Of a DNA stretch of 64,000 bases, positions 12,851 to 25,569 are shown piece after piece. The notes beneath the pieces were generated by a model that saw only the letters and a list, made by a program, of their open reading frames with translations, was not told where the DNA came from and did no database searches. This stretch comes from Tubulanus polymorphus. Its lineage: Eukaryota > Animalia > Nemertea. A program made the position numbers and the translations under genes. Within the stretch, counting starts at the first letter, position 1, and each line of letters starts with the position of its first letter. The DNA lies in the NCBI RefSeq assembly GCF_964204645.1, contig NC_134025.1, positions 19,753,101 through 19,817,100 of the forward strand, given 5' to 3'.

Positions 12851-14900
12851 TGTAAAAAGGTCCTCAGGTTATAAGAGAGAAGTTCCGCTTTTACCACAAA
12901 AAGTCATGAAATAGTAATGATAAATGAGAGCAGTTTCGGAGAATTGGTGCGTCTTCTTCGACATCCTCCCCGCAGAGATAATAAGCACATATGATTTAGA
13001 TTTCTTTTTAGAGTTCTGAATTCGAGAAATGTTTGTCACTCTGGGGTCAAAGCCACACGTAGAGTTCGAGAATATTAACCGCAGATACATGTATATAGTA
13101 GTTGAATATATTGGTAGCATAAACACTAAATCTGATCATTTTTTGTCATTTTGATTTCTTTCACGCGCCTCTTCGCTGCCTTACGCTGAGGTCGTGATTC
13201 GCTCGATACCCTGATATCGACTCCTCGTCAAGATCTGGGTAGATTGCTATGTTGTTTCTGATATGAAGCAACTGATTTTTATTCCGGATACAGTATCCCC
13301 TCGGATACTACGTTGATACGATGCAGTATCCCCTCAGATACTAGAATGATACGATACAGTATCCCCTCGGATACTAGGTTGATACGATGCAGTATCCCCT
13401 TGGATACTAGGTTGATACGATGCAGTATTCCCTCGGATACTAGGTTGATACGATGCAGTATCCCCTCGGATACTAGAATGATACGATGCAGTATTCCCTC
13501 GGATACTAGGTCTATACGATGCAGTATCCCCTTGGATACTAGGTTGATACGATGCAGTATTCCCTCGGATACTAGGTTGATACGATGCAGTATCTCCTCG
13601 GATAATAGGTTGATACAATGCAGTATCCCCTCGGATACTAGAATGATACGATACAGTATCCCCCTCAGATACTAGGTTGATACGATGCAGTATCCCCTCA
13701 GATACAAGAATGATACGATACAGTATCCCCTCGGATACTAGGTTGATGCGATGCAGTATCCCCTCGGTTACTAGAATGATACGATACAGTATCCCCTCGG
13801 ATACTAGGTTGATGCGATGCAGTATCCCCTCAGATACAAGAATGATACGATGTAGTATCCCCTCGGATACTAGGTTGATGCGATGCAGTATCCCCTCGGA
13901 TACTAGAATGATACGATACAGTATCCCCTCAGATACTAGATTGATTGACACGATTTTGAACTAATTAGCTTTGATTAATGCACATATTATATTTTCCATT
14001 ATATCGAATTGGCTTTGAGTGTCCAGAATGCATATATTCGCAAACGGTTTCTTTATCCTGATGTATCGACATGTGGTGACATCTCGGCAGTCCATCAGTT
14101 TGTGGTTGGCCATCAAACAGTCGAAACATAGTTGCTTCTCGTAAACGGCTTTGCAGAAGGGACAATTGATTCCATCGTCTCTCTGGCTAGAGTTGCCCAT
14201 GAGACTGTGAGCCGACCTATGTTGCGGGCAGTTGCTGGTTTGCCGGTATTCCTGGCGATTTGGTTTGTGCGGTTATTTTCACCGATGTGTTCCAGATGCG
14301 TTTCAAATGACTTGATGATCTTGTTGAGATCAAAATTTTCTCCTTGGTCACTTGCGCCCATTTTTTCTAAGAGCACTGGAGGTAATTTTCTCTTATGGAG
14401 TTGCAATCATGAATGGTGCACAATCGTGGATTTTGACTCCAAGGTGTTTCAGAGATCTAATGTTCGCGTGGACCTTATTGAGGAATTGTGACAGTGCGCT
14501 GTAAATGTATGGCGGTACTTCCAGGTCGAAAATCTCGTTCACATACGCTCTGACGATCTTACGATTATTGCCGAATCTTTCATTGAGAATGGCTGTCAGC
14601 AAAGCCAAATTTGCACCAGATGCATGTATGCCCTTTATCGCGTTGAAGGCAATTCCTTTTAATTGTCCTACGATGTAATTAAACTAATGTAAGTAATGTC
14701 CGAAAAGTTGCCCGCGAGAACATCAGCCTACATGGTTTCCCAGAAACTAGTCCACTGAGTATACGTTCCGGCGAAAACGGGTAGTTTCTATTTCGGTAGT
14801 TGTGCTGTTTTCGTCGGTGGGGGATCTGTATACTGTTCTTTTGGTCTTTTCGTCTTGTTATTTACGATGCATTTCTTTATACGGAGAAGAATCTTTCTTT
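12851..14900 (-). mobile_element. BEL/Pao LTR retrotransposon remnant (gag fragments, candidate 3' LTR 12851-13292)
   Basis: DUF1759-like LP..LPVFAGTYTQWTSFW and LNERFGN..IV.AY; BEL zinc fingers CPFC and LCFDCL..H...DC...TC. The TGTA...TACA segment is preceded on - by a purine tract. Confidence 0.7.
13292..13940. repeat. 33-bp tandem repeat array (~19-20 units)
   Basis: Unit AGTATCCCCTCGGATACTAGGTTGATACGATGC with an internal hairpin AGTATCC-CCTC-GGATACT and no spacers. Confidence 0.95.
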
Positions 14901-15686
14901 CTGGTAAATCAGCGTGGTCACCGTGTGTCGCTCATGGCAAAATCAGAGTTAAACATAATTTCTAGTCCTCAATCGTAGTAGGGGGTACCTCGATTCTATG
15001 CAATAGGGAACATTGCAGTTTGCCCCTAAAACAGACGTGAGTGCGTTATTATGTGCCCTTGCTCCAATGGAATCACGCACAAAAATGCCGTTATTTGAAA
15101 TCAGCACCCTGCCCTTTTTTAATGCTAGATGAAGCACTGATTAGCAAGAAAACATTAATCAGAATAGAAAAATAATGAGAAGAAATGTGGCAGAAAATAT
15201 AAAAGTTCTACAATGATTATTTTAACACAGCTAGAGTGAACAGGGAAAATCCTTTCCAAAAATGCCTGGTTTGTTTTTCTAGCTCAAATATGGAGGAAGT
15301 TATTACCATTGTTGCATTCTGAGCCTTCTATTTACATCCACTAAACATACCCATCACTTCTTCAGCATCAATGTTATGTAACCGAGGTGATTCTGTCTGA
15401 AGAATTAACTGTGGAGTAACATTCATATCGAAAATTTTTCCTAGCTAGTTCTCTGTCTTCGCTCAGCTTTCCATCTCCACAAATTTCCTGAACTACCGGA
15501 TTTTCAAAAAAGTCAGTTTCTCTAGTTCAAACAGACAAAATATCCTTCGTTTGGTATGCCGCAGATATCGGTATTGAAAAGTATCAATTTTCCAAATAGT
15601 CCCCCCTCGACTATAGAAATTTTTTGAAAAATCGGGCAAAAAATGGCGCAATTGACAGCATCTAGAACAACAATATGAATGTTAAT

Positions 15687-15988
15687 TATTCCCTCGGATA
15701 CTAGGTTGATACGATGCAGTATCCCCTCGGATACTAGAATGATACGATGCAGTATTCCCTCGGATACTAGGTCTATACGATGCAGTATCCCCTTGGATAC
15801 TAGGTTGATACGATGCAGTATTCCCTCGGATACTAGGTTGATACGATGCAGTATCCCCTCGGATAATAGGTTGATACAATGCAGTATCCCCTCGGATACT
15901 AGAATGATACGATACAGTATCCCCCTCAGATACTAGGTTGATACGATGCAGTATCCCCTCAGATACAAGAATGATACGATACAGTATC
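15687..15988. repeat. Second copy of the 33-bp array (~9 units), duplicate of 13426-13727
   Basis: Same order of diagnostic variant units (GGTCTATAC, GATAATAGG, five-C unit). Confidence 0.95.
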
Positions 15989-16220
15989 GATACAGTGTTT
16001 CAAGTCGTCAAAACGTCACGATATGTCGACACATTCATGTCGAATTGATGCGATATATCGACATAAATATGGCGACTTGTCGAGTTGGAACGCAACAACT
16101 CGAGGCCCTTTATCGCTTCCGTAGATCTTTCATTAAGTAGGATCACTTGAATGATCGCTTTAATATCACTTTAAAAAAAAAGGAATCTGCCAAAATGACC
16201 GTAATATTCGACACTATATC

Positions 16221-16637
16221 TACGGAAGCGATAAGGGGCCTCGGAGATGACGCGTTCCAACTCGACAAGTCGCCATATTATTGTTGACATACCGCGATGT
16301 ATCGCGTCAAGTCGACATGAATATGTCGATATATCGTGACGTTTTGACGACATATTTCGTTTTCTTAACCATTTTCCTCGCGACAAGTCGACATATTCAT
16401 GACGACTTGAAACTCAGTCGTCATATTACTGGCGTCCTCATCTTACATTTAGACATGTCTTCAAATGACGGCTTGTCCCGTGGAAAATGAGCAAATAAGC
16501 GAAATTTGTCGTGAAAACGTCACGATATGTAGACATATTCATGTGGACTTGACACGATATATCGCGATATATCGACATAAATATGGCGACTTGTCGAGTT
16601 TGAACATGAAAACTCGAGGCCCTTTATCGCTTCCGTA
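16221..16637. mobile_element. Foldback MITE with TACGG termini (IS3EU-like); partial copy at ~16010-16123
   Basis: TIR TACGGAAGCGATAA(G/A)GGGCCTCG and long internal inverted arms, flanked by a CTATATC direct repeat (16214-16220, 16638-16644). Confidence 0.8.
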
Positions 16638-16726
16638 CTATATCAGATTAATCGACTTCAAAATAGGTGAAAGCATAAGTCTTTATAACGTTATTAATTG
16701 GCCTAATTATTCAAAAGCTAATAATG

Positions 16727-18368
16727 TGGGCGATAAAACCAAAAAAATTAATTGTCGCGGGCGATAAAACCAAAATAATCAATTGTCGCGGGCGATAAAA
16801 CCAAAATAATCAATCGTCGCTGGCGATAAAACCAAAATATTCAATTGTCGCGGGCGACAAAACCAAAAAAATGAATTGTCGCGGGCGATAAAACCAAAAT
16901 AATGAATTGTCGCGGGCGACAAAACCAAAATATTCAATTGTCGCGGGCAACAAAACCAAACTAATGAATTGTCGCGGGCGATAAAACCAAAATAATAAAT
17001 TGTCGCAGGCGATAAAACCAAAAAAATGAATTGTCGCGGGCGATAAAACCAAAATCATGAATTGTCACGGGCGACAAAAGCAAAATATTCAATTGTCGCA
17101 GGCGACAAAACCAAACTAATGAATTGTCGCGGGCGATAAAACCAAAATAATAAATTGTCGCAGGCGATAAAACCAAAAAAATGAATTGTCGCGGGCGATA
17201 AAACCAAAATCATGAATTGTCACGGGCGACAAAACCAAAATATTCAATTGTCGCAGGCGACAAAACCAAACTAATGAATTGTCGCGGGCGATACAGCCAA
17301 AATAATGAATTGTCGCGGGCGATAAAACCAAAATATTGAAGTGTCGCAGGCGATAAAACCGCGACAAAAAGAGAAAAAAATTTTCGCGGGCGATAAAACC
17401 AAAATTTTGAATTGTCGCGTGCGACAAAACCAAAATAATGAATTGTCGCGGGCGCCAAAACCAAAATCTTGAATTGTCGCGGGCGAAAAAACCAAAATAT
17501 TCAATTGTCGCGGGTGATAAAACCAAAATAATGAAGTGTCGCAGGCGATAAAACCGCGACAAAAAAAAAAAAATTGTCGCGGGCAATAAAACCAAAATAT
17601 TGAATTGTCGCGGGCGATAAAACCAAAATAATGAATTGTTGCGGGCGATAAAACCAAAATAATGAATTGTCGCGGGCGATAAAACCAAAATATTGAATTG
17701 TCGTGGGCGACAAATCCAAAAAATGAATTGTCACGGCCGATAAAACCAAAATCTTGAATTGTCGCCATTGTCGTGTACGACAAAACCAAAATAATGAATT
17801 GTCGCGGGCGATAAAACCAAAATAATGAATTGTCGCGGGCGATAAAACCAAAATATTGAATTGTCGTGGGCGACAAAATCAAAATATTGTTTTGTCGCGG
17901 GTGACAAAACCAAATTAATGAATTGTCGCGGGCGATAAAACCAAAATAATGAATTGTCGCGGGCGATAAAACCAAAATATTGAATTGTCGCGGGCGAAAA
18001 AACCAAACTAATGAATTGTTGCGGGCAATAAAACCAAAATAATGAAATGCGCGGGCGATAAAACCGCGACAAAAAAAAAATTGTCGCGGGCGATAAAACC
18101 AAAATAATCAATTGTCGCGGGCGATAAAACCAAAATAATGAATTGTCGCGGGCGATAAAACCAAAATATTGAATTGGCATGAGCGACAAAACCAAAATAT
18201 TGATTTGTCGCGGGTGACAAAACCAAATTAATGAATTGTCGCAGGTGACAAAACCAAATTAATGAATTGTCGCAGGCGATAAAACCAAAATAATGAATTG
18301 TTGCGGGCGATAAAACCAAAATAATGAATTGTCGCGGGCGACAAAACCAAAATTATTGTTTTGTCGCA
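16727..18368. repeat. 31-bp tandem repeat array (~52 units)
   Basis: Unit AATTGTCGCGGGCGATAAAACCAAAATAATG with a hairpin TTGTCGC-GG-GCGAYAA. Followed by a TAYGG-type terminus ending at 18455. Confidence 0.95.
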
Positions 18369-19679
18369 TTATTTTAGTTTTGTCGTTTTGTCATAATGTC
18401 GCCCTCATTTGCATATACGTGTTTTTTTTACGCATGGCCCTTATCAGCCACCATACTAAAGCCTTAAGGTCGCGTAAAACTCGATAAACACTTCAAGCGA
18501 CACAGCGAACGATCTCCTTTCCCCCACAGCGAACGCTTAACCTAGTAGAGGCTACTAGCCTATGTAGGCCTATGTATATGCGTAGGCCTAACATCCGGAC
18601 AGATTGGTCGTAGGCCTATTGAATTTAACAACCCACCTAATTATCGTAAATTTTGTTTTGAAGTTCAATCCAATGAGTCCGTTAATAAACGCAACAATTG
18701 TACTGTGTTTGTTCGAGACAGTAAAGCTCAGTACCGGTAGGCCTAAAGCCGCGTCAAACTCGATAAACACTTCAAGCGACACAGCGAACGATCCCTTTCC
18801 CCCACAGCGAACGCTTACTCCGAATGTCAAGTGTGAGTCCAGCATACGGAAAGGATTGTCTTATATACTTGTATTTAGTAAATACCTTGTGCATTTGACA
18901 ATGATCGGTATGTACTGTAGGAAATATAGAGTATTGATGGTATTGATATAGAGGTTGAAGCCCGCGCCCGAATAAAGTAATATGTTCTTTTATTTTGATA
19001 CCTCGTCGACATAACAGCTTTTCTCCGCTATATCTCTTCGGCGTGTTTAGTTTAGGCCTACGATTCCCCGGTACACTAAAGATTTATCTTAGTAAATACA
19101 CGGTTAATTCGGTAAAGAAAAATAGGTATTGTTAAACTAACTCCTTGAAACCCGCAGCCAAATCACTGGTAGTAATAAATTAATTTGTACTCGATTTGAT
19201 TCTCATGATGAGGAGAAACTCGCAGCTGATCCCCGGAACGACGATGTAGTAACACACGTCGATTCGTCGATGTTTACGGCTCGACAGTGCTTTTAACATC
19301 TAAAGTAGTAAATTTCCAGTGTATCGGTAATATGATCTGATGAGGAAAATGGGCTATTGTTAAAATCACTGTTTGAAGACCGCGACTGAATGTGAAGTCT
19401 GCGGCAATAAATTAGTTCATTTATACTTGAATTGATAATCGAAGTGACAGTCGGCCTGCGGGTTGATTTCGGGATGACGACTCGAAAAACATGTCGCCCC
19501 ATTGAATGGGGCTAAATTTTCGATGTTTACGGCCCGACAGCGCTTTTGTAACGATGATTCGTGAAAAAACACGCGGGCTATTTGTAGATCTCAGTGAGCT
19601 GAACGATATTATATGGATTGTATATGAAACAGCGGTAAGGTAACAAAGCCTATGTTCTTTTGGTAAAAATAGTGTGGAA

Positions 19680-19803
19680 GAAAATAATAATAATAATAAT
19701 CACGCGGATATCAATAGGGTTTTCTGTGAAATAACAGAAAACCCTAATAATAATCACGCGGATATCAATAGGGTTTTCTGTGAAATAACAGAAAACCCTA
19801 ATA
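19680..19803 (-). repeat. Helentron/HINE-like 5' end, tandemly duplicated 54-bp hairpin unit
   Basis: Two copies of TAGGGTTTTCTGT-gaaata-ACAGAAAACCCTA followed on - by (ATT)n. Confidence 0.6.
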
Positions 19804-20040
19804 AGTAGGGGGTACTGGCCAAGATCACCACGAACAGCGGCGTTTAATGACCGCTTATTTACACCTAACAGGTATTTGCCAAATTTAACGAATAGGTTCT
19901 CACAAGGGGGAGTGTGGCAAATACTGTAAAAGTTTGAAGGTTCCATGTTAGTAACAGATGATGATCCCCAAATTTCGCAACAGTAACTAATAATCGGGCG
20001 AATGAGCGTGTTGAAAAGTGTATAAGCTGTGGTTACATTC
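19804..20040 (-). pseudogene. LINE (CR1/L2 group) RT C-terminal fragment
   Basis: LFNTLIRPIISYCCEIWG...KFGKYLLGVNKRSLNAAVRGDLGQYPL. Confidence 0.75.
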
Positions 20041-20525
20041 AACCAGTCAATCAAAATAAATCTGAGAAAAATTTGACTGATATTTCTTAAAGTACGGAAG
20101 CCTAGATTCTATGTCATTCGGACGTTTTGCAGCAAGAATGTAAAATTTCATTGCTCTCAAAATAATGCTGCCTAGCATCCACCAATAGTGTTTGCAGGTT
20201 TGCAGACAGCATCACAACTTTGAATAGGATAATGGGGAGAACATTGTGAGCAGCACATGTCTACCATCATGATCAAAATTCACTGAGTGACAAAGTGTAA
20301 TATTCGGCTGACGCCTTATAAATTAGGTAGATGATCAGATGGTTGATGTATTTGTGACTTGAACTCAGGTTGACATGGCCAACCTGAAGTGTCCATATAA
20401 AAACACAATTCTTAGATATATCAAAAACAGAACATGAATAATGATTTGCCATTTGATGACCAATCAAACATGCAAGAAAGCGTTTCACATGAACTGAAAA
20501 TTTCCATTAAATAGACTTTGCATTT

Positions 20526-20738
20526 TCATTGCAAAACGTTCAAAATCAAAATTCTTGGGGAAAATTTCAGCATAGACATCAAATGGGAAAAAGCATTCAT
20601 GAGTGAACCATCCAACCACGTGTTCAATGCGAGGGTTTTAATTTCATCAACTTGTAAGGTATATCCATCTACATTTAGATACCTACTGGGTATCTCATTC
20701 TCTAAACATGAAAGAAATATTTCTCTGTTATTTTTCAT
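20526..20738 (-). pseudogene. Ulp1/C48 protease-like N-terminal fragment (transposon-associated)
   Basis: IKTLALNTWLDGSLMNAF matches the Ulp1 L.TL....WL.D..IN motif. Catalytic residues not found. Confidence 0.45.
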
Positions 20739-20788
20739 GGCTGCATTTTGAGTAATAGTGCAAGCAACAAGACTAGCTCTTAACCATT

Positions 20789-22862
20789 TGTACCATCCTC
20801 GTCCGGATGGCGGACCGATTATAATAACTATAACAATGATATTTTATTCATCATCGACGTCCATCTTTATTCTCCCCTCATAGGTGGCAGTACCGTCTGG
20901 TACATTAGGTCATGGTAATACAGTAAACACTACATCCACCAGAAAAATACAAAATTGAACCTTTTCTTACAAAATTATAAACCAATTACAATTCTTCAAT
21001 TAATCTGGCAGGAGGTCTTTTCTCCCTTTGTGGACGTATAGGTAACAAAACTCTGGGAACAGGATGAACTATTGTTTCATCTATGTTCTCATGGTCTAAC
21101 AACGTTTCATCAAATATGTTACAAGAATTTTGAATAGACTGAATTTTCTTACAAAATGACATATTTCTGGTTATGGTATATACATCATTTTGAGCTGTTA
21201 CCATGCTACCTTTAACTACAACTACTTTATATGGTTTTGGGTTATAATATGAATCACTCTTCCTACTTCTCGTCTGTTTAATTAATATTGTATCACCCAC
21301 TGTGATATTACGTTGCACAGCATTTCTGTCTGCATACAATTTCATCTTATTTTTCTTCGATTTTTCAAACGATCTAATTTCTTCATCATATTTACAAGTA
21401 TGTTTCATATTGCATGCGGTAGGTAACCTAGTACCAAATTCATATTGGAACATACACTGTGCACGACTTTTACCTGTGGTTGAATGTGGAGTTGATCTGT
21501 GATTTCTAAGATACTGAAATAATACTTCTTTATAATTCAATTTTTACACATTTTGATATCATTTTCATGACATTTTCAACTAAACCATTGGCCTCTGGCC
21601 ACTCTGGCATGACAGGTTTGTGTTCGAACCCTAAATACTTAGCAAACTCGTCAAATTCCTTGCTATTCAATGGTGAACCATTATCAGTTTTTAAAGATTT
21701 TGGAATACCAAAACTCGAAAATATCTTATTGATTTTGGGTATGACAGATTTTGCAGAGGTACTCTTACAGAATTAAACTTCAATGAACCTTGAATATGCA
21801 TCGATTACAACTATTACATAGTCGCCGATATCTAATGGACCTTTTAAATCAATAGCGATTCTTTCCCAAGGATTTCTGGGCAGTTTAGATATAACTACAG
21901 GTTCCTTCCTTTTATCTGGTGTAACAACATTACACAGGAAACAATTCAATGTGTTTTCTACAAGGCGATCCATTTTTGGAAACCAGACTGGTTCTTAACA
22001 ATGCCTTGGTTTTTGTAATACCCTGATGTCCTTCATGGGCTATTTTCACTACTCGCTCCCTCAATCGTTGAGGCATGACAATTCTATGGCCTCTTAATAA
22101 TACATTTCGATTGCACACTACAGTTAACTCATCTTTGATTTTAAAGAAACCATTTACCTCTTCTGTATCTACACCATAATCTGAACATTTAATAGTTTTA
22201 TACCATTTTTGATTACCTTTGACTGTTTCAATTACCTTCATTAAAGTTTTGTCCTTAAGAGTAGCCTGTTCTACTTCATACAATTTTAAGGCAATTGGCA
22301 ATGCATGATCAGTAACAAAATTAACATACAATTCGGCTACATCACCATGAACAGAATTACCAGCTAGTGAATCAGGGTGACGTGACATAAAATCAGCAGG
22401 GTTTTCATCCTTCCCTGGTTTCTGTATAATTTTATAATCATACTGTTACAAAGTTAGTCCCCATCTCTCAATCCTAGCAGGCATTTTACTTTTTGGATTT
22501 TTGTATATTAATTCAACTGGCTTGCAATCTGTCACAAGACTGAATGAAGACCCATACAAATACAAATTGAATCTTTGACATCCCCATACACAAGCTAAAG
22601 CTTCTTTTTCTACTTGCGAATATTTCATTTCAGTCACAGTCAGTGATTTGCTAGCTATATCTACAATTCTAAGTTTATTTTCTTTGCTCCTCTGACACAG
22701 CAGAGCGCCAAGTCCCACTGGACTTGCGTCTACAATTAACTCAGTTTCTAATTTAGGATCAAAATGATGGTTTGTTACATGAGACCTCAAACTTTCCTTA
22801 ATCTGATCAAAAGCTTGTTGGTGAATTTGGCTCCATTTGAACTCAACATCAGATTTCGTCGG
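20789..22862 (-). mobile_element. Gypsy LTR retrotransposon, 3' half (RNase H, integrase, 3' LTR 20789-20934)
   Basis: VDASPVGLG..YSQVEKEAL (RNase H); AHEGHQGITKTK, IDLKGP..IDAYSR, DNGSPF (integrase). 146-bp TG...CA LTR. Confidence 0.9.
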
Positions 22863-24255
22863 TGGATTGACGAGGGGGCGAACGCGGCATTTTAGAGTTT
22901 TCGAGAAAAACACGCATGAAATTTTTGTTATATTTAAACAGTCATTGCTCACTCAATCTTACAGTCCTAGACCCCAAACTTACAGACTATACAGACAATG
23001 ACTGAATCCTCGATTGTATAAAATATTAGATCAATGTCTCAAATTGTTTTCGATCCTTGTTCAATTAATTAAGACATGGCCACGTTCGCCCTTTTGTAAA
23101 TTTACGAATCTGACAGAATCGCCATCTTTGCCCAAATTCTAGCCACATTCGCCCATTTGTAAAGAATCGGATGAGGCAGGTGACAGTGAAATGAATCTCA
23201 ATGTTCGCCCAATATAGTACACTTAACTATGGTTTAAATGTTTCAGACATTCAGATATTTTATTGAATAAAAACGATATAACAAACAGTAATACAAAAAA
23301 ATAAATGACCTTTCGAATTCAACATAATGTCCAAAGAGATCAGGAAACACAATACAAATTAGAACTAGAATATATACTAATTTAAGAAACGAATTTCAAC
23401 TTATGAGACCAACTGTTTACAATAAAATTCTATCAGATTATACATTCGATTAGTGTGGCAAATTTCTGTAGAACACCTGGTGACCCGGAAAACTAATAAC
23501 AGGGGTATTTCCCTGACACAGCGAAATAATATCATCATATTTTGCCTCTGCTAATTTAGGGCACTGATCATAAGCGCGGTGTATTTGTACATTTTCAGCG
23601 GATCTTTTACGCATGTTTTCCAAATCCAACACACTATATTCCTCGTTGAAATGACTCATTTTGAATCCAATCTTCATTGGCTGTGATTTCTTTACATTAA
23701 CCGATCGAATTTTTGTCCAGTCTATCGGTTTCCCGTCATGTCCCTCTCGGACCCGCAGAACTCAGAGTGAAACTGAATATGATTTCCAGTCCTTGATATC
23801 AGTTGTTTTCACTCTGGTTACGTGGTTTTTGTTATGATTACGTGCTAAGATTATAACAGTTTCTAACTGTGAGGGCAGAAAAAGTTCTGGCATACTCTTT
23901 ACAGCCCTTTCTATGCCCACAGTCGCCTTCATTTTGTCCATGATTCGATTCAAAATAGTTTATTGATATTTCCTTGAGATTTTTTGAATTTTGAACTACG
24001 TAGAGCAACATTGAGGGCACTATTGAGTTTTTATTTTGGCCCGAGCAGCCATCGCTGAAGAGTACTACTTCTTCTACGCCGTTCTGGTCAAGTGATTCCA
24101 AGTATTGAAAGATATTTGATGCAATCTCATTTGCTCCTCTGCTGGCAATACCCTCGTGCCAGAGATAGCATTCACAGTCACGGGATACAACATCATTAAT
24201 TGTGAAGTTTAGGCAAGCAAGCCTACGTTTATAGAAAAAGGTTACGAAGGAAGAA
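22863..24255 (-). mobile_element. Sola (Sola1-like) DNA transposon, 3' part with frameshifted transposase
   Basis: FYKRRL..LNFTI..CYLWHEG..SRGANEIAS, FSDGCSGQNKN, HGQNEGD; C-terminal K..DI..LC....I...HQ.FY.NL. Confidence 0.8.
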
Positions 24256-24439
24256 TGCAATTTCTTCAGTTTGTCAATACTAAAACAGCCGTAATCATGG
24301 TTTATATGGTTACAATTTTTGAAAACCCAAATAGACTAATCCAGTTGTTTTTGATGAGCAGTGAATTGGGCATTCTCAGCACCGGAACTAGTACCTGTGC
24401 ACATGCTATACTCATTGTGCAAAGATGCCTTTGTGATAG

Positions 24440-24580
24440 GAATATGTTTGTTTGCATAGTAGCCATCACACAAGGATCCGGAAGAACTAGACGGCGGAAC
24501 GATTGTAAACTGCTACAGTTAAGGACAATGACCGAGGAGTTCCGGAACTCCTTCTTCCCAAGAACACCACCTTCCCCCTG
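24440..24580 (+). pseudogene. CR1-like LINE 3' fragment
   Basis: GRTRR...TEEFRNSFFPRT motif. Confidence 0.55.
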
Positions 24581-24784
24581 CATCGTTATACGCGCGATCG
24601 CGGTTCAGATGCAGTGTCCCATGTAGATGCAGATGTAGTAGCTAAGGGGTTGGTCATCTTATTGAACATTTTCATCAGATTCACCCTCTCCTTCACTAAT
24701 AACAATTTCATCACCCCCACCGGGAATTCTCCTTGGCACATTTTCTACCTCTACATGTTTGCCCACCCGCTCTCAGACGCATAC

Positions 24785-25145
24785 CAACAGCCCCCCACTT
24801 TTGCATGCACACTGACAGCTCCAACTCTCGGACAAACACACACTGCTCCAAGTCTCAGATACACACCGCCAGCTCCCACTTTCGCACGCACACTGGCAGC
24901 TCCGACTATTGGATGCACACTGACAGCTATGACTTTCTGACACACACTGACATCTCCTGCTTTCACACGTCCAGTAACTGCTCCGACTCTCGGACGCACA
25001 CTGACAGCTCTGATTCTTGGACGAACTCCAACAGATCCCACTCGCAGACACTCACAGACTGCTCTCAGACTGCTCCACTTAGGCACATACACCTATAGCT
25101 CGCACTCCCGATTTTGCACGGACACCGACAGCTCCCATTCTTGGA
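24785..25145. repeat. Degenerate 30-bp tandem repeat (~12 units)
   Basis: Recurring CACACTGACAGCTCCGACTCTCGGACG, giving 10-aa periodicity in overlapping ORFs. Confidence 0.8.
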
Positions 25146-25569
25146 CGTAATTACAAGACGAATCAAATGAACATGCTGCTCCAGTACTTTCTCCCTTTTC
25201 AGTGATAGGTCCGTAGTAATGTTATTTGTTCCCAATAACTCGATTTGCATGAATAACATGAACTCTCCGTACCTCTATAATGGTAATAAAGGATAACATC
25301 TATACTAGCAACATCATATCTTTTCTAAAATTTCAGAGTGTCTGTGATGGTGTATTTTGCAACGATAAATTGGCAACAAACAATTACCAATTATCTATGT
25401 TTCAATTCTACCTCAAAGGCACACAATCTTTTTCCAGTCAAAAATGTCATCATTGACACCCACATATTTAAGGATTCTGTCTGTCGAGAGACAGATATGC
25501 TAAACAGATACCGTATCTTGAATTAAACGAGTCTGGGAAAAATAGCTTTTTCTCACATGGATGACCTTG

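Noticed and set aside
13292-13940. CRISPR-like palindromic 33-bp repeats
   Set aside because: Units are head-to-tail with no unique spacers, there are no cas genes, and the context is eukaryotic.
13313-13964. 11-aa repeat proteins (SIPSDTRLIRC)
   Set aside because: They are translations of the 33-bp array, broken by a 1-nt insertion, with no start context.
16779-18319. Many hydrophobic ORFs (VLSPATIHYFGFIARDN repeats)
   Set aside because: They are artefacts of translating a 31-bp tandem array, whose unit is not a multiple of 3.
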